A stretch of DNA of 64,000 nt from Candidatus Sericytochromatia bacterium (lineage in GTDB: Bacteria > Cyanobacteriota > Sericytochromatia > S15B-MN24 > JAQBPE01): contig JAYKHR010000066.1 in the NCBI GenBank assembly GCA_035285125.1, positions 143,762-207,761 of the forward strand, written 5' to 3'. The position numbers and the translations under genes were made by a program. The notes below the pieces were generated by a model. That model was not told the DNA's origin. It worked only from the letters and a program-made list of their open reading frames with translations, and did no database searches. Each line of letters starts with the position of its first letter. The stretch's first letter is position 1. This document shows positions 1 to 9,107 of this stretch, in pieces.

Positions 1-1138
1 CATAGAACACCCTGACCACCAGGTCCCGCACGGCATACGCGGGTATGCCGAGGGCGCACAGCCCAAGCACACGGGCCGTCGCCTCGGCATCGGCAGCCGT
101 GAAGGCACCTCGCTGGTAGACGAGCGAGACGATGGGGGTGCCGGCCGAGAGGAACAGCGCCACCAGGGGCATCGAGACGAGCGAGATGGCCGAAACGCCC
201 TGTGCCAGCCGGGCCCTCAGGGCCTCACCATCACCCGAGACAACGGCCCGGGTCAGCATCGGGAACAGGGGAATCAGCAACGCCGTCATCAGCACGCCGA
301 GGGGCAACTGGACCAGCTTGTTGGCGTAGTCGAAGACGCTGATGGAGCCTGCGGGCAACGCCGATGCGAAGTTGGTGCCGATGACGACGGCCAGCGTCCC
401 GACGGTCGAACTCACGCAAGCAGGCAGCAACATTTGCCAGATGCCACGCAACTCGGGATGCCTCATGGGGCACGGCGGCGTGCCGGGGCTGCGGGAACGC
501 CATAGCCTCACGGCTGCGTCGGCCTGCAAGAGGACCTGCCCGATCCCCCCGAGCAGGGTGCCCCAGGCCAGCATCAACGGGTCGGAGGACCACAGCACCG
601 TCCCAATGACGGCCACGCTCGCCACCAGAGGCGATAGGGACGGCCTCTTGAAGTCCCCAAGGTCATTCGACACGCCGCAGAGGATGCCAACCCAACCGCC
701 CATCACGATGAGGGGCGCCATGATCCGCAGCTGGGCCACGGCGAGGTCGAAGACAGGCTCCGGTGCCCGGGACGCCACCGCCGAGATGAGGGCTGGGGCA
801 GCGAGGCACGCAAGCACAGCCCCTCCGCCCATCACCAGCGTGACCCAAGCCGCCAGCGCCACGACCACCCCGGGGACCTCGGCCCCGCGTCCCTGCTCCC
901 GCAAACTCGTGACGACGCGCTGCGTGGCCGTGTGGAACGGCCCGGTCAGGCCCCCCAACAAGATGAGCGCGAATGACGGGATGATGTAGGCGGCCGTGTA
1001 AGCGTCTTTTGCCACGCCAGCGCCGTGGACGGCGGCAATGACCAGCTCCCGGCCAAAGCCGACGGCCTTGGAAAGCAGCGTGACCAGGGCGATGGCAGAG
1101 GCAACGCCGAGCAACCCTTTAGACACGCGGCTGCGCAT
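1..1138 (-). CDS. murJ: Lipid II flippase MurJ (runs off the window edge)
   Basis: Manual translation of the minus strand gives LLSKAVGFGRELVIAAVHGAGVAKDAYTAAY...LLGGLTGPFHTA, a typical MurJ N-terminus, in a hydrophobic frame. Start is ATG 1138 or GTG 1126, overlapping the gmhB stop. Absent from the ORF track because it has no stop in the window. Confidence 0.9.
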   Translation of the reverse strand, partial: MRSRVSKGLLGVASAIALVTLLSKAVGFGRELVIAAVHGAGVAKDAYTAAYIIPSFALILLGGLTGPFHTATQRVVTSLREQGRGAEVPGVVVALAAWVTLVMGGGAVLACLAAPALISAVASRAPEPVFDLAVAQLRIMAPLIVMGGWVGILCGVSNDLGDFKRPSLSPLVASVAVIGTVLWSSDPLMLAWGTLLGGIGQVLLQADAAVRLWRSRSPGTPPCPMRHPELRGIWQMLLPACVSSTVGTLAVVIGTNFASALPAGSISVFDYANKLVQLPLGVLMTALLIPLFPMLTRAVVSGDGEALRARLAQGVSAISLVSMPLVALFLSAGTPIVSLVYQRGAFTAADAEATARVLGLCALGIPAYAVRDLVVRVFY

Positions 1139-1709
1139 CCCCTGCCCTGACGACCCAGGCGGCGGCCTCCACGATGGTGTCGGCGACGAAGTCCGGCTGA
1201 CAGGCCCACTGGTAACGCCCTGCGAGGACGTCCTCGCCATACCCTGAGCGTAGCAACACGGTGCGGCAGCCGGCCCGTTGGCCGACCTCGACGTCAGTGG
1301 CCTTGTCTCCGACCATGAAGCTTCTCGTCAGGTCGATGCCGTGTTTCTGCGCGGCCGCGACGAGCATGCCCGGCTCTGGCTTTCGGCAGTCGCAGGCGAG
1401 GGCGTACTCGGGCACGGGGCCATCGGGAAGGTGGGGGCAGTAGTACACGTCGTCGAGGCGCGCGCCACCCTCGGCGAGCAACTCCGCCAGGCGCCCGTGC
1501 AGGGCGTGGATCCAGGCTTCAGGGTAGAACCCTCGCGCCGGGCCGCTCTGGTTGGTGGCGAGCACGACGAGGAAGCCTGCGCCCGAAAGCCGCCGGATGG
1601 CTTCTGCAGCGCCGGGCATCAGGACCAACCTGTCGAGGTCGGTGATGTAACCCGCCTCGACGTTGATCGTTCCATCCCTGTCCAAGAACACCGCAGGCAA
1701 GCCAGTCAT
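1119..1709 (-). CDS. gmhB: D-glycero-D-manno-heptose 1,7-bisphosphate phosphatase (HAD family)
   Basis: FLDRDGT, TNQSG, YYCPH...CDCRKP and MVGDK motifs; likely start ATG 1709. Confidence 0.88.
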   Translation of the reverse strand: MTGLPAVFLDRDGTINVEAGYITDLDRLVLMPGAAEAIRRLSGAGFLVVLATNQSGPARGFYPEAWIHALHGRLAELLAEGGARLDDVYYCPHLPDGPVPEYALACDCRKPEPGMLVAAAQKHGIDLTRSFMVGDKATDVEVGQRAGCRTVLLRSGYGEDVLAGRYQWACQPDFVADTIVEAAAWVVRAGDAQPRV

Positions 1710-1898
1710 GGGGTATCGTCGCCTCTCGAAGCAGCGTCCATGCTTACCACGCCCGGGCTGTCTGCGCCAGACGAGCCCCTTGCAATGCGCGACAGCATGT
1801 TGGTGCTGCCCCTGCGCTCCCGCACCATAGCCCTCATTGGCGGCCATGGCTGCGCCACGGGTGGCGGGTGGTGGCCCCGGGGGAGGGAGGAGGAGCAG

Positions 1899-2153
1899 AT
1901 GATGTCGCTGCTGACGTGGGTGGTGGTTGGGCTCATCGCGGGCCTGTTGGCGGACCTGGTGGTGCCTGGCAAGCAGAACTGGCTGGTCGACACGCTGGTG
2001 GGGATGGCCGGGGCCATCGTGGGAGGGTGGCTGTTCTCGGCGTTCGGGGGTGCACCTGCGACCGGATTCAACCCGTGGAGCATCCTGGTGGCGTTCATCG
2101 GTGCGGTGGTGGTGCTGCTGCTGGTGAAGGCGTTCCAGGCCCGAGCCATCTGA
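1899..2153 (+). CDS. GlsB/YeaQ/YmgE family (transglycosylase-associated) small membrane protein
   Basis: WVVVGLIAGLLA...GMAGAIVGGWL...VAFIGAVVVL pattern; GGAGGAG RBS upstream. Confidence 0.88.
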   Translation: MMSLLTWVVVGLIAGLLADLVVPGKQNWLVDTLVGMAGAIVGGWLFSAFGGAPATGFNPWSILVAFIGAVVVLLLVKAFQARAI

Positions 2154-2213
2154 GGGCAGTGGTACAATGTCCCCGGTGGGCCGCTGCGCTGCGGTCCCCG
2201 GGGGTAAGCAGAC

Positions 2214-2831
2214 TTGGCACAGGCCTCAAGTCTCCGGCTCGTGGTCGCAGCGATGATTGCCCAGGAGGCCCTGGGCGGCTGTGCCGTGTTGCTGGGACGG
2301 GACCAGTTGCCGGACCCGCCATTCAGCGTGGCCCCCGAGCGTCGGCACCGGGTTTCCGCCGACGGAGCATTGAAGCTCGACGTGTCCTGGCAGGGGCCGG
2401 GAGGCTACGTCGCGGTGGCGCGCGGGTACGGAGGACGACTGGCGCGCATCGTGAATCCCTACGGGGCCGACGTGACGTGCCTGGACGCCAACGCCACCGC
2501 TGGTCCCCGGGGGGCCGTCACGCTGCTTGCGGATGAGTCGACACTTCAGGTTGGCAACCTTCCCCCCAGGCGGGCGCTCGGCCTGGATGCCTACCGAAGG
2601 CGCTGGCCCCGCTGGGCCGTGACAGACGAGTACCAAGCAGTGGACCGGAAGGTGGCCTACGACTTCGTGCTCGACACGATGTTGATTGAGCGGCGGTTGG
2701 AAGCCGGTGAGTCCCGAAGGGGCATCCTCGCCTTCCCGGCGGACCCCTTGGCGGGGCGTGCCGTGTTGAGGGTGCCCTACCGCACGGACGCCGGACGCGG
2801 CGCCCTGCGGGTGACGTGGGAGGTGGACTGA
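2214..2831 (+). CDS. Hypothetical protein, possible lipoprotein
   Basis: Lipobox-like LGGC after a weakly hydrophobic N-terminus; extended -10 TGGTACAAT at 2160-2168; 1 bp from the next gene. Confidence 0.55.
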   Translation: MAQASSLRLVVAAMIAQEALGGCAVLLGRDQLPDPPFSVAPERRHRVSADGALKLDVSWQGPGGYVAVARGYGGRLARIVNPYGADVTCLDANATAGPRGAVTLLADESTLQVGNLPPRRALGLDAYRRRWPRWAVTDEYQAVDRKVAYDFVLDTMLIERRLEAGESRRGILAFPADPLAGRAVLRVPYRTDAGRGALRVTWEVD

Positions 2832-2832
2832 G

Positions 2833-3471
2833 ATGGCCCGCCAGGCTATCTATCAGGTCACGGCTGCGCTGGCCTTGTTCCTCACCGGGTGCCCGACCCG
2901 GGAGTTCTATCGGATCCCTGCCGAGCCCGACTGGACCGCCTTGGGCAGCGACAGCCTCGAAGTGCCGGTCTTCGCAGCTCCGACCGCCGGATGGTCTCTG
3001 GCCCAGGCTGCGCGCCAGCGCGTCACGGATGACCTGACCAGGGCCACCTTGCCGGTGACAGCCACGCCCTCGCGGGTCCGCCTGCTCGGCAGCATCGAGG
3101 ACCTTCGCGTCACCTCGACAGCCTCTGCGCCCCGCCGCGTGTTGCGTGCAGGCACCAGTACGACGGGCAACATCGAGGCCCACGTGTGGGAGCAGGAGGT
3201 CGAGCACAGGCTGAGGCTCCGCGTGGCGCTTCGGCTCGAGCGCCTCGGCAGCGGCATCCTGTGGCAGCGAAGCGCCGAGGGGGAGGCGGTCGACTCCCGC
3301 GTGGAGACACTCGGCTGGCCCGGCAGCGATCCCCTGCCCCCCCCACCCTCGCGGGTGGCGCCTGCATTACCGGCTATGACGGAGGCCTTGGGGCGCCAGG
3401 CCTTGCAGCAGGCCTTGGCACCGCTACTGGGCGCCCTGACGGACAGCTACGGATACCGGGTGGTGCCCTGA
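2833..3471 (+). CDS. Hypothetical lipoprotein (possibly LptE/CsgG-like fold)
   Basis: Signal peptide with lipobox LTGC; alternating beta pattern RLRLRVALRLERLGSGILWQ. The fold is a guess. Confidence 0.6.
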   Translation: MARQAIYQVTAALALFLTGCPTREFYRIPAEPDWTALGSDSLEVPVFAAPTAGWSLAQAARQRVTDDLTRATLPVTATPSRVRLLGSIEDLRVTSTASAPRRVLRAGTSTTGNIEAHVWEQEVEHRLRLRVALRLERLGSGILWQRSAEGEAVDSRVETLGWPGSDPLPPPPSRVAPALPAMTEALGRQALQQALAPLLGALTDSYGYRVVP

Positions 3472-3607
3472 GGCGTCGGGGACCGCCACCTCCTTTTGGC
3501 GGCGCCGCATTCCGAGCCCCGGCCTGCGCCAGGGTGTCCCCAGGGACCCGCGCCCGCTCGGTGTGGTACGATCGCCAGGGCAGCGGGCAGTGCTGCCGGA
3601 GTTCGCG

Positions 3608-4678
3608 GTGTTCGGCAAGAAAAGCAATCTCCTGGGCCTCGCCCTGTCGTTGGCCTGCCTGTTCCTCGTCTTCAGGAAAGTGGACCTCTCGCGCCTGTGG
3701 GATGCGATGGTCACGCTGGACGCCAGGTACCTCTTGGCCGCGGTAGCCATGTTCCTGACGACCTTCGTGCTGCGCACCCTGCGCTGGCAGACGCTGCTTG
3801 CGCCGGCGCAAACGGTGCCCTACACCCGGCTGATGAGCGTCGTCATGATTGGCTACATGGCCAACAACGTTCTCCCCGCGCGGCTCGGGGAGTTCGTCCG
3901 CGCCTACGTTCTCAGCAGGCAGGTGGGCATCCGGAAGAGCACCACGCTCGCCACCATCTTCATCGAGCGGATTTTCGATGGCCTCTCTCTGCTCTTCATC
4001 CTTGGGGCCCTCATGGTCGCCCACCGGGCAGGCCTCATCTCCTTGCAGCACCCTTTCCCGGACTCGATCCAGTGGGCAGGCCTGGGGGCAGGACTCGTCT
4101 TCACCTTGGCCTTCGGCGCCGTGCTGGCCTTGGAACTGGTGCCGGGCTTCGGGGCCCTGCTGGACCGCGCCATCGCCCGCCTGGCCCCAGCCTCCTTGAG
4201 GCCCAGGCTCCGGGGCATTCTGGCGGCCTTCGTCGAGGGCGTCGCGTGCATGCGGAGCATCCGAACCCTGGTGGTCGTGTTTTGCTGCTCCCTGGGCGTG
4301 TGGTCGATCGAGGGCCTCACGTACGCCCTCGTGGGCCAGGCCTTTCACCTGGAACTGCCGCTCCGCGCGTTCTTCACCACGATGGTGATCGTGAATCTGG
4401 GTACGCTCATCCCCTCCGCACCCGGCTTCGTCGGGACGTTCCAACTGTTCTGCTGGATCTCCCTCGGGCTCTTCGCCGTGAGCAAAGAGGTGGCCGTGAG
4501 CTTCGGGCTTGTGCTGAACGTGCTGGAGTACCTGCCTGTCACGGTGATCGGTGTGGCCTGCCTCGCCCTCGAGAACCTGTCCCTCAAGGCGGTGGTGGGC
4601 GGCTCCCAGGAGCGGGACCCGGACCCCGCGGGCGAGGTGCCGGACCGAGAGGGCGAGCACGCCCGCCCCCTGGCCTAG
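3608..4678 (+). CDS. Lysylphosphatidylglycerol-synthase TM / YbhN-like putative flippase
   Basis: RTLRWQTLL, GYMANNVLPARLGEFVRAY, ERIFD and PSAPGFVGTF motifs; GGAG RBS before GTG 3608. Confidence 0.85.
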   Translation: MFGKKSNLLGLALSLACLFLVFRKVDLSRLWDAMVTLDARYLLAAVAMFLTTFVLRTLRWQTLLAPAQTVPYTRLMSVVMIGYMANNVLPARLGEFVRAYVLSRQVGIRKSTTLATIFIERIFDGLSLLFILGALMVAHRAGLISLQHPFPDSIQWAGLGAGLVFTLAFGAVLALELVPGFGALLDRAIARLAPASLRPRLRGILAAFVEGVACMRSIRTLVVVFCCSLGVWSIEGLTYALVGQAFHLELPLRAFFTTMVIVNLGTLIPSAPGFVGTFQLFCWISLGLFAVSKEVAVSFGLVLNVLEYLPVTVIGVACLALENLSLKAVVGGSQERDPDPAGEVPDREGEHARPLA

Positions 4679-4687
4679 GCAGAGCGC

Positions 4688-6526
4688 TCAGGCCGACACG
4701 GACTCGGCCGCATAGAGCGCCTCGATTTCACTGGCGAAGTTGGTCGAGATGACCCGACGCTTGAGCTTCAACGTCGGGGTCAGTTCGTCCCGAGCTGGGT
4801 CAAAGGCTCGCGCCAGCAGCCGGAACCGCTTGACCTGCTCGAACCGGGCAAAGGACCGACAAGTGACCTCAATTTCGTGGGCAAACAGCGCCTGCACCTG
4901 GGGATGGGCGAGGAGCGCCTCCAAGGCCATGTCACCCAGCTTGTGTTCCGCCGCGAACGCCGCGAGGGCTTCGGCTTGCGGCACGACAAGCGCCGTGATG
5001 TAGGGCCTCCGGTCGCCCACGAGCATCACCTGATCCACGAGACGGCTCGCCTTCAACGCGTTCTCGATGGGCTGCGGCGCCACGTTCTTGCCGTTGGACA
5101 TCACGATGATTTCCTTTTTGCGGTCGACAATGCGCACCCGCCCGTCCGGATCGATCGCTGCCACATCACCCGTGTGGAACCAGCCATCCGGGTCGATCGC
5201 GACCGCTGTCGCCTCCGGCTGGTTGAAGTAGCCCTTCATCACGTTGGGGCCGCGCACGAGCAACTCACCGTCGTCTGCCAGTCGCACCTCGACACCCGGC
5301 AGGGGATGGCCCACCGTGCCGTACCGGACGTTTCCGGGACGATTCACCGCAATCACGGGGCTTGTCTCGGTGAGGCCGTAGCCCTCGATGATCTCGATGC
5401 CCACCATCGCAAAAAACCGACCCAGGTCCTCGGCCAGCGGCGCGCCACCCGAGAGACAGAGGCGCAGGCGGCCCCCGGTCCGCTCGCGGATCTGGCTGAA
5501 GACGAAGGTATCCGCCAGTTGCTGCTTGAGGGCGAGGTCGAAGGGACGGGGCAGGCCGTCCAGCCTGGCCCGGGTATAGGCATCCCCCACGCGGCAGGCC
5601 CACTCGAAGACGAGCCGCCTCGGCATCGCGTCAGAGGCCACCTTGTCGAGGATTCGACCTCTGATCTTCTCGAAGAGCCGTGGCACCGAGGTCAGCACCG
5701 TGGGGCGGACCTCGACGATGTCCTCTCCAACGGCCTCTACGCTGCGCGCGAAGTGGACGTGCGCCCCGACCGACACGAGCCCGAAGTTGGCCGTCCGCTC
5801 GAGGACGTGGGAAAGCGGCAAGAAGGACAGGGCGTCATCCGTGGGGCCGATGCCGATAAGGGGCACGACGGCGTTCACGTTCGACATCAAGTTGCCGTGT
5901 GTCAACATCGCGCCCTTGGGCTCGCCTGTGGTGCCGCTGGTGTAAATCATGGTGGCGATCATGTCGGGCGCCTGCGCAGCAACCCGGCGCTCGAGTTCAG
6001 CGGCGTGCGTCTCGGCCAACCGCTCGCCCAGGTCCTTCAAGTCAGTGAACCGGTACACGTGGGTGTGCTCCGGCCGCTGCTCCACATGGTTCATGACCAC
6101 GACGTGCTGCACGTGATGCAAGGAGCCGCGGACCTCCCTCAGCTTCGTCAGCTGCGCCTCCGTTGAGACGAACACCAGCCGGGCCCCACAATCGTTCAGG
6201 ATGTGGGCGGACTGCGGGCCCGTGAGTGTCGGGTACAGCGGAACCGTGATGGCGCCAGCCATCAGGATGCCCTGATCGGCCATCACCCACTCGGGCCGGT
6301 TCTCCGCCAGCACGGCCACGCGGTCACCCACCGCCACGCCCAACTCGATGAGCGAGGTGGCCAGCTGTTTCGCCCCAGCCCCGTAGTCCGCGTAGGTCAG
6401 GGTCGTCCAACCCGACCCCGCGCGGGCGCTGAGTGCTGGCCTGGCCGCGTGGCGTGACACGGCGGCCAGGAAGGACTGGGTCAAGGTGATGGGCGCGGTC
6501 ATCGTGAGCTCGGTCCTCGGAGTCAA
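4688..6526 (-). CDS. Long-chain fatty acid-CoA ligase (FadD-like, AMP-binding)
   Basis: YTSGTTGEPKG, EGYGLTE, WFHTGD and ELTPTLKLKR motifs. Alternative start ATG 6502. Confidence 0.92.
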   Translation of the reverse strand: MTPRTELTMTAPITLTQSFLAAVSRHAARPALSARAGSGWTTLTYADYGAGAKQLATSLIELGVAVGDRVAVLAENRPEWVMADQGILMAGAITVPLYPTLTGPQSAHILNDCGARLVFVSTEAQLTKLREVRGSLHHVQHVVVMNHVEQRPEHTHVYRFTDLKDLGERLAETHAAELERRVAAQAPDMIATMIYTSGTTGEPKGAMLTHGNLMSNVNAVVPLIGIGPTDDALSFLPLSHVLERTANFGLVSVGAHVHFARSVEAVGEDIVEVRPTVLTSVPRLFEKIRGRILDKVASDAMPRRLVFEWACRVGDAYTRARLDGLPRPFDLALKQQLADTFVFSQIRERTGGRLRLCLSGGAPLAEDLGRFFAMVGIEIIEGYGLTETSPVIAVNRPGNVRYGTVGHPLPGVEVRLADDGELLVRGPNVMKGYFNQPEATAVAIDPDGWFHTGDVAAIDPDGRVRIVDRKKEIIVMSNGKNVAPQPIENALKASRLVDQVMLVGDRRPYITALVVPQAEALAAFAAEHKLGDMALEALLAHPQVQALFAHEIEVTCRSFARFEQVKRFRLLARAFDPARDELTPTLKLKRRVISTNFASEIEALYAAESVSA

Positions 6527-7326
6527 GCGGGGGGCGGCGCGATTGCCTCGGGCCCGATCGGGGCTTCGAGCAGCGCAGCCCGGTCGAGCAGCTGCACCAC
6601 ATGCCCTCGTACCTTGGCCGCGAGGCTTTCTATCATCACGCGCTGGGCCTCGGGTTCATCACGGCCCAGGCCGTGCTGGTAATAGTCATAGTAAGCATCC
6701 AGGGTGAGGGGGCGACCGACGAGGATCAGGGCCTCCTGGTAACCCAGCAGCCGCATCCGCTCGAGCTTGAAGCTCCGTTCGCCCCGGTCAAATTGCTGAA
6801 GAAAGGCCCCACTCACCTCGCCTAGAGACGTCTCGCGCCGGGGATAGATGGCAGCGGGAATGATGGGAAGATGCGGGATGCGCGCCGCCAATACCGCCCG
6901 GATGAAGGTGGGACGGAAGGTGGCTACCTCGGCGGGTCCCACGGGCTGGACGAAGTTGGCCATGCCCTCCGGGAAGATGCCCACCAGCCTGCCCTGCCGA
7001 AAGACCTGGACCATCTCCTCGATCAGCGTGTCAGCCTTGCCCTCCTCTCCCTTGAGGATGGAGATGGCCCCCGCCTCCTGAGCCAGCCAACCGAAGACCG
7101 GGATCGACGAGACGAACGGCGCCATGACCCAGTTCACCACCCGGCGGGCCCTGGCCGAAAACAGATAAGGGTCCATGAGGCTGCGGTGGTTGCAAACAAG
7201 CAGCCCCGGCCCGCGAGCCGGGATGTTCGCCTCGCCGACGAGCTCAGTCGGACAAGCCACCTCGGCGACCAGGGGGCCGAAGAGGTTCTTGAGGACCTGG
7301 TAACGGGCGTCCTTGAGGCTTACCAC
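6523..7326 (-). CDS. Lysophospholipid/1-acyl-sn-glycerol-3-phosphate acyltransferase (PlsC-like)
   Basis: NHRSLMD (HxxxxD) and IFPEG motifs. Confidence 0.85.
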   Translation of the reverse strand: MVSLKDARYQVLKNLFGPLVAEVACPTELVGEANIPARGPGLLVCNHRSLMDPYLFSARARRVVNWVMAPFVSSIPVFGWLAQEAGAISILKGEEGKADTLIEEMVQVFRQGRLVGIFPEGMANFVQPVGPAEVATFRPTFIRAVLAARIPHLPIIPAAIYPRRETSLGEVSGAFLQQFDRGERSFKLERMRLLGYQEALILVGRPLTLDAYYDYYQHGLGRDEPEAQRVMIESLAAKVRGHVVQLLDRAALLEAPIGPEAIAPPPA

Positions 7327-7331
7327 GGGTG

Positions 7332-8243
7332 TCAGACCCTGATGCCCAAGAGCCGGTGCGCGTTTTGATAGGCGACAGCCCTGACCTCGCGGGGCTTGAG
7401 TGCCGCAACGACGTTCTCGAGCGCGACACTCTGTTGCAACAGGGGGAAATCTGATCCCATCAAGACCCGGTGCGCCCCGAGCTTGTCGACAGCCGTGCGG
7501 ATCACGCGAGGGGGCTGCCAGGACGTCTCCACCGAAAGGTGGTGATACCGCTCAGCCAAGGCGAGCACGGTCTCGTGCTGGTCCCAACCGATGTGAGCGA
7601 TGGTGATGCTGACGTGGGGGAAGGCCCTGACCACGGGCTCCAGCGCGCTCGGGTCGTCGAAGCCATGGGACTCGAAAGGAAAGGAACCCGTGTGAAGAAA
7701 CACGGGCAGCGACATGTCTTGCGCGAGCCCCACGAGTTCGAACATCCTGCGCTCCTCGGCAGGGGAGTCGGCCCGAGCCGGGTTCAGCTTGAGCCCCGCC
7801 ACCCGATGGCGCTGAAGGGTGGCTTCAAGGGCCTGCAGGGCGTCCGGTTGGTGCGGGTCCGCGGACGCGAACAGGCTGAGCCTGTCGGGATGCAGGGCCA
7901 CCGCAGCTGCGACGTCATCTGTCCCAAAAAACGGCTCGATGGGACACACCACCGTGTGGCTGACGTTGGCACGCGCCATGCTTTCAAGGAGCAGGTCGAC
8001 CGTGTACTTCTCGAAAACCCGCTTGAGTTCTTGAAAGGCATACTGGTTGATGGACCGGTAGAAGAACCGGCTGAAGGGTGCCCTGAAGTGCATGCCGCAG
8101 AGGCCGGCGACCTGGCGGGTCAGCGGCTCCATCAGGTCGGCAAGCTCTGGAAAGTAGACCCCGTTAAAGGGTTCCGTCGCCTTGACTGGCGCCGCGCCGC
8201 GAAGGTGGGCGTGGAAGTCGATGAGGGGATGATCCGCTTCCAT
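7332..8243 (-). CDS. Amidohydrolase_2 family metal-dependent hydrolase
   Basis: IDFHAH, LHTG, IAHIG and GSDFP motifs. Confidence 0.85.
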   Translation of the reverse strand: MEADHPLIDFHAHLRGAAPVKATEPFNGVYFPELADLMEPLTRQVAGLCGMHFRAPFSRFFYRSINQYAFQELKRVFEKYTVDLLLESMARANVSHTVVCPIEPFFGTDDVAAAVALHPDRLSLFASADPHQPDALQALEATLQRHRVAGLKLNPARADSPAEERRMFELVGLAQDMSLPVFLHTGSFPFESHGFDDPSALEPVVRAFPHVSITIAHIGWDQHETVLALAERYHHLSVETSWQPPRVIRTAVDKLGAHRVLMGSDFPLLQQSVALENVVAALKPREVRAVAYQNAHRLLGIRV

Positions 8244-8335
8244 GCGCCCTTTCTCGCCTGACCAGCCGGGACCCCGTTCATATACCCGGGAGCCCCGGAA
8301 CCATCAAGCGACAGGCGTGCCGAGATCGGACCGGC

Positions 8336-8578
8336 TCAGACAGCCGCGGCGCGTGCCAGGGTGAGCGGCCGCCAGGTCATGTGCAACCCCACCTCCGCGA
8401 CCGCAAGCCGGCCAACCACTTCGCCGAGTCGGACCTTCAAGAAGGTGTCCTTCTCCCGCAGCAGCTTGAGGTCACAGTCGTGACAGTGATAGCGCTCCCC
8501 CTGGGGCGCGAGGTTGACCAGGTGGGTTTGACAATCGGGGCAGATCAGGGCAATCTGCCCCGAGAACGTGCTGGGCAT
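8336..8578 (-). CDS. Small zinc-ribbon protein
   Basis: CPDC...CHDC; GGAGGAG RBS upstream of ATG 8578. Confidence 0.7.
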   Translation of the reverse strand: MPSTFSGQIALICPDCQTHLVNLAPQGERYHCHDCDLKLLREKDTFLKVRLGEVVGRLAVAEVGLHMTWRPLTLARAAAV

Positions 8579-8594
8579 CTGCAACTCCTCCGTG

Positions 8595-8995
8595 ACGGAC
8601 AGCCGCCCGCCAGCGCACTCGGCGCAGGCCGGCGGTGACTTGGACCCCTGGGGGTCAGGCCTCGACCGGGTGGTTCGTTACTCCGCACTGGACACAGGGA
8701 CGCGGGCAACCCGCAGTGCCCCAGCCCGACGGGCCAGGCCCCCTGCACGAACCGTAATCCCTTCGCCCGACCCACTCGGCCGTACGTCAGGAGCAGGTAA
8801 TACCCGGGAAGGATCCCAGCCGCACTCGAACCCGAGCGCGGAACACCCTCCCCCACCGACGTCCGTCGCGCATCGTTGCGACGACCCCGGCGACCAACCC
8901 TGAAAACTCGACTCTGGCCTCCAGCCCGCGACCGGGGAAGCACCCTGCGCCACCGGTTCGCTTGCGCAGCCTTGCGCAGCAGAGACAAGAACTCT
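8595..8995 (-). ncRNA. Candidate structured 5' leader or ncRNA, family unknown
   Basis: Lies between a near-consensus promoter and the zinc-ribbon RBS; several nested stems; no convincing ORF. Confidence 0.35.
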
Positions 8996-9001
8996 TCTGA
9001 G

Positions 9002-9030
9002 AGTATATCTCCGGACCCCTGGCTGGTCAA
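9002..9030 (-). promoter_or_regulatory. Sigma70-type promoter TTGACC-N17-TATACT
   Basis: Reverse complement of 9002-9030 reads TTGACC agccaggggtccggaga TATACT. Confidence 0.75.
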
Positions 9031-9063
9031 GGGGGGGCCGCCGATGGGTGCGCCGCCAGCGCG

Positions 9064-9072
9064 TGGTATTCT
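9064..9072 (+). promoter_or_regulatory. Extended -10 (TGGTATTCT) for the HD-GYP gene
   Basis: TGn-TAnnnT about 35 nt upstream of ATG 9108. Confidence 0.5.
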
Positions 9073-9107
9073 AGAAGGCTGCTCAAGCCAGAGGTTGTCC
9101 CCTCTTC

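Noticed and set aside
8640..9000. tmRNA, SRP RNA, 6S RNA or group II intron identity for the long intergenic region (GGGGGTCAGGCCTCGAC resembles a tmRNA 5' end; smpB is in the window)
   Set aside because: No T-arm/CCA end with a G3-U70 acceptor, no tag frame, no intact SRP helix 8 and no proper domain V could be found.
8545..9030. 161-aa ORF spanning the leader region
   Set aside because: It starts on the TTG of the -35 box, has no RBS and shows no protein-like features.
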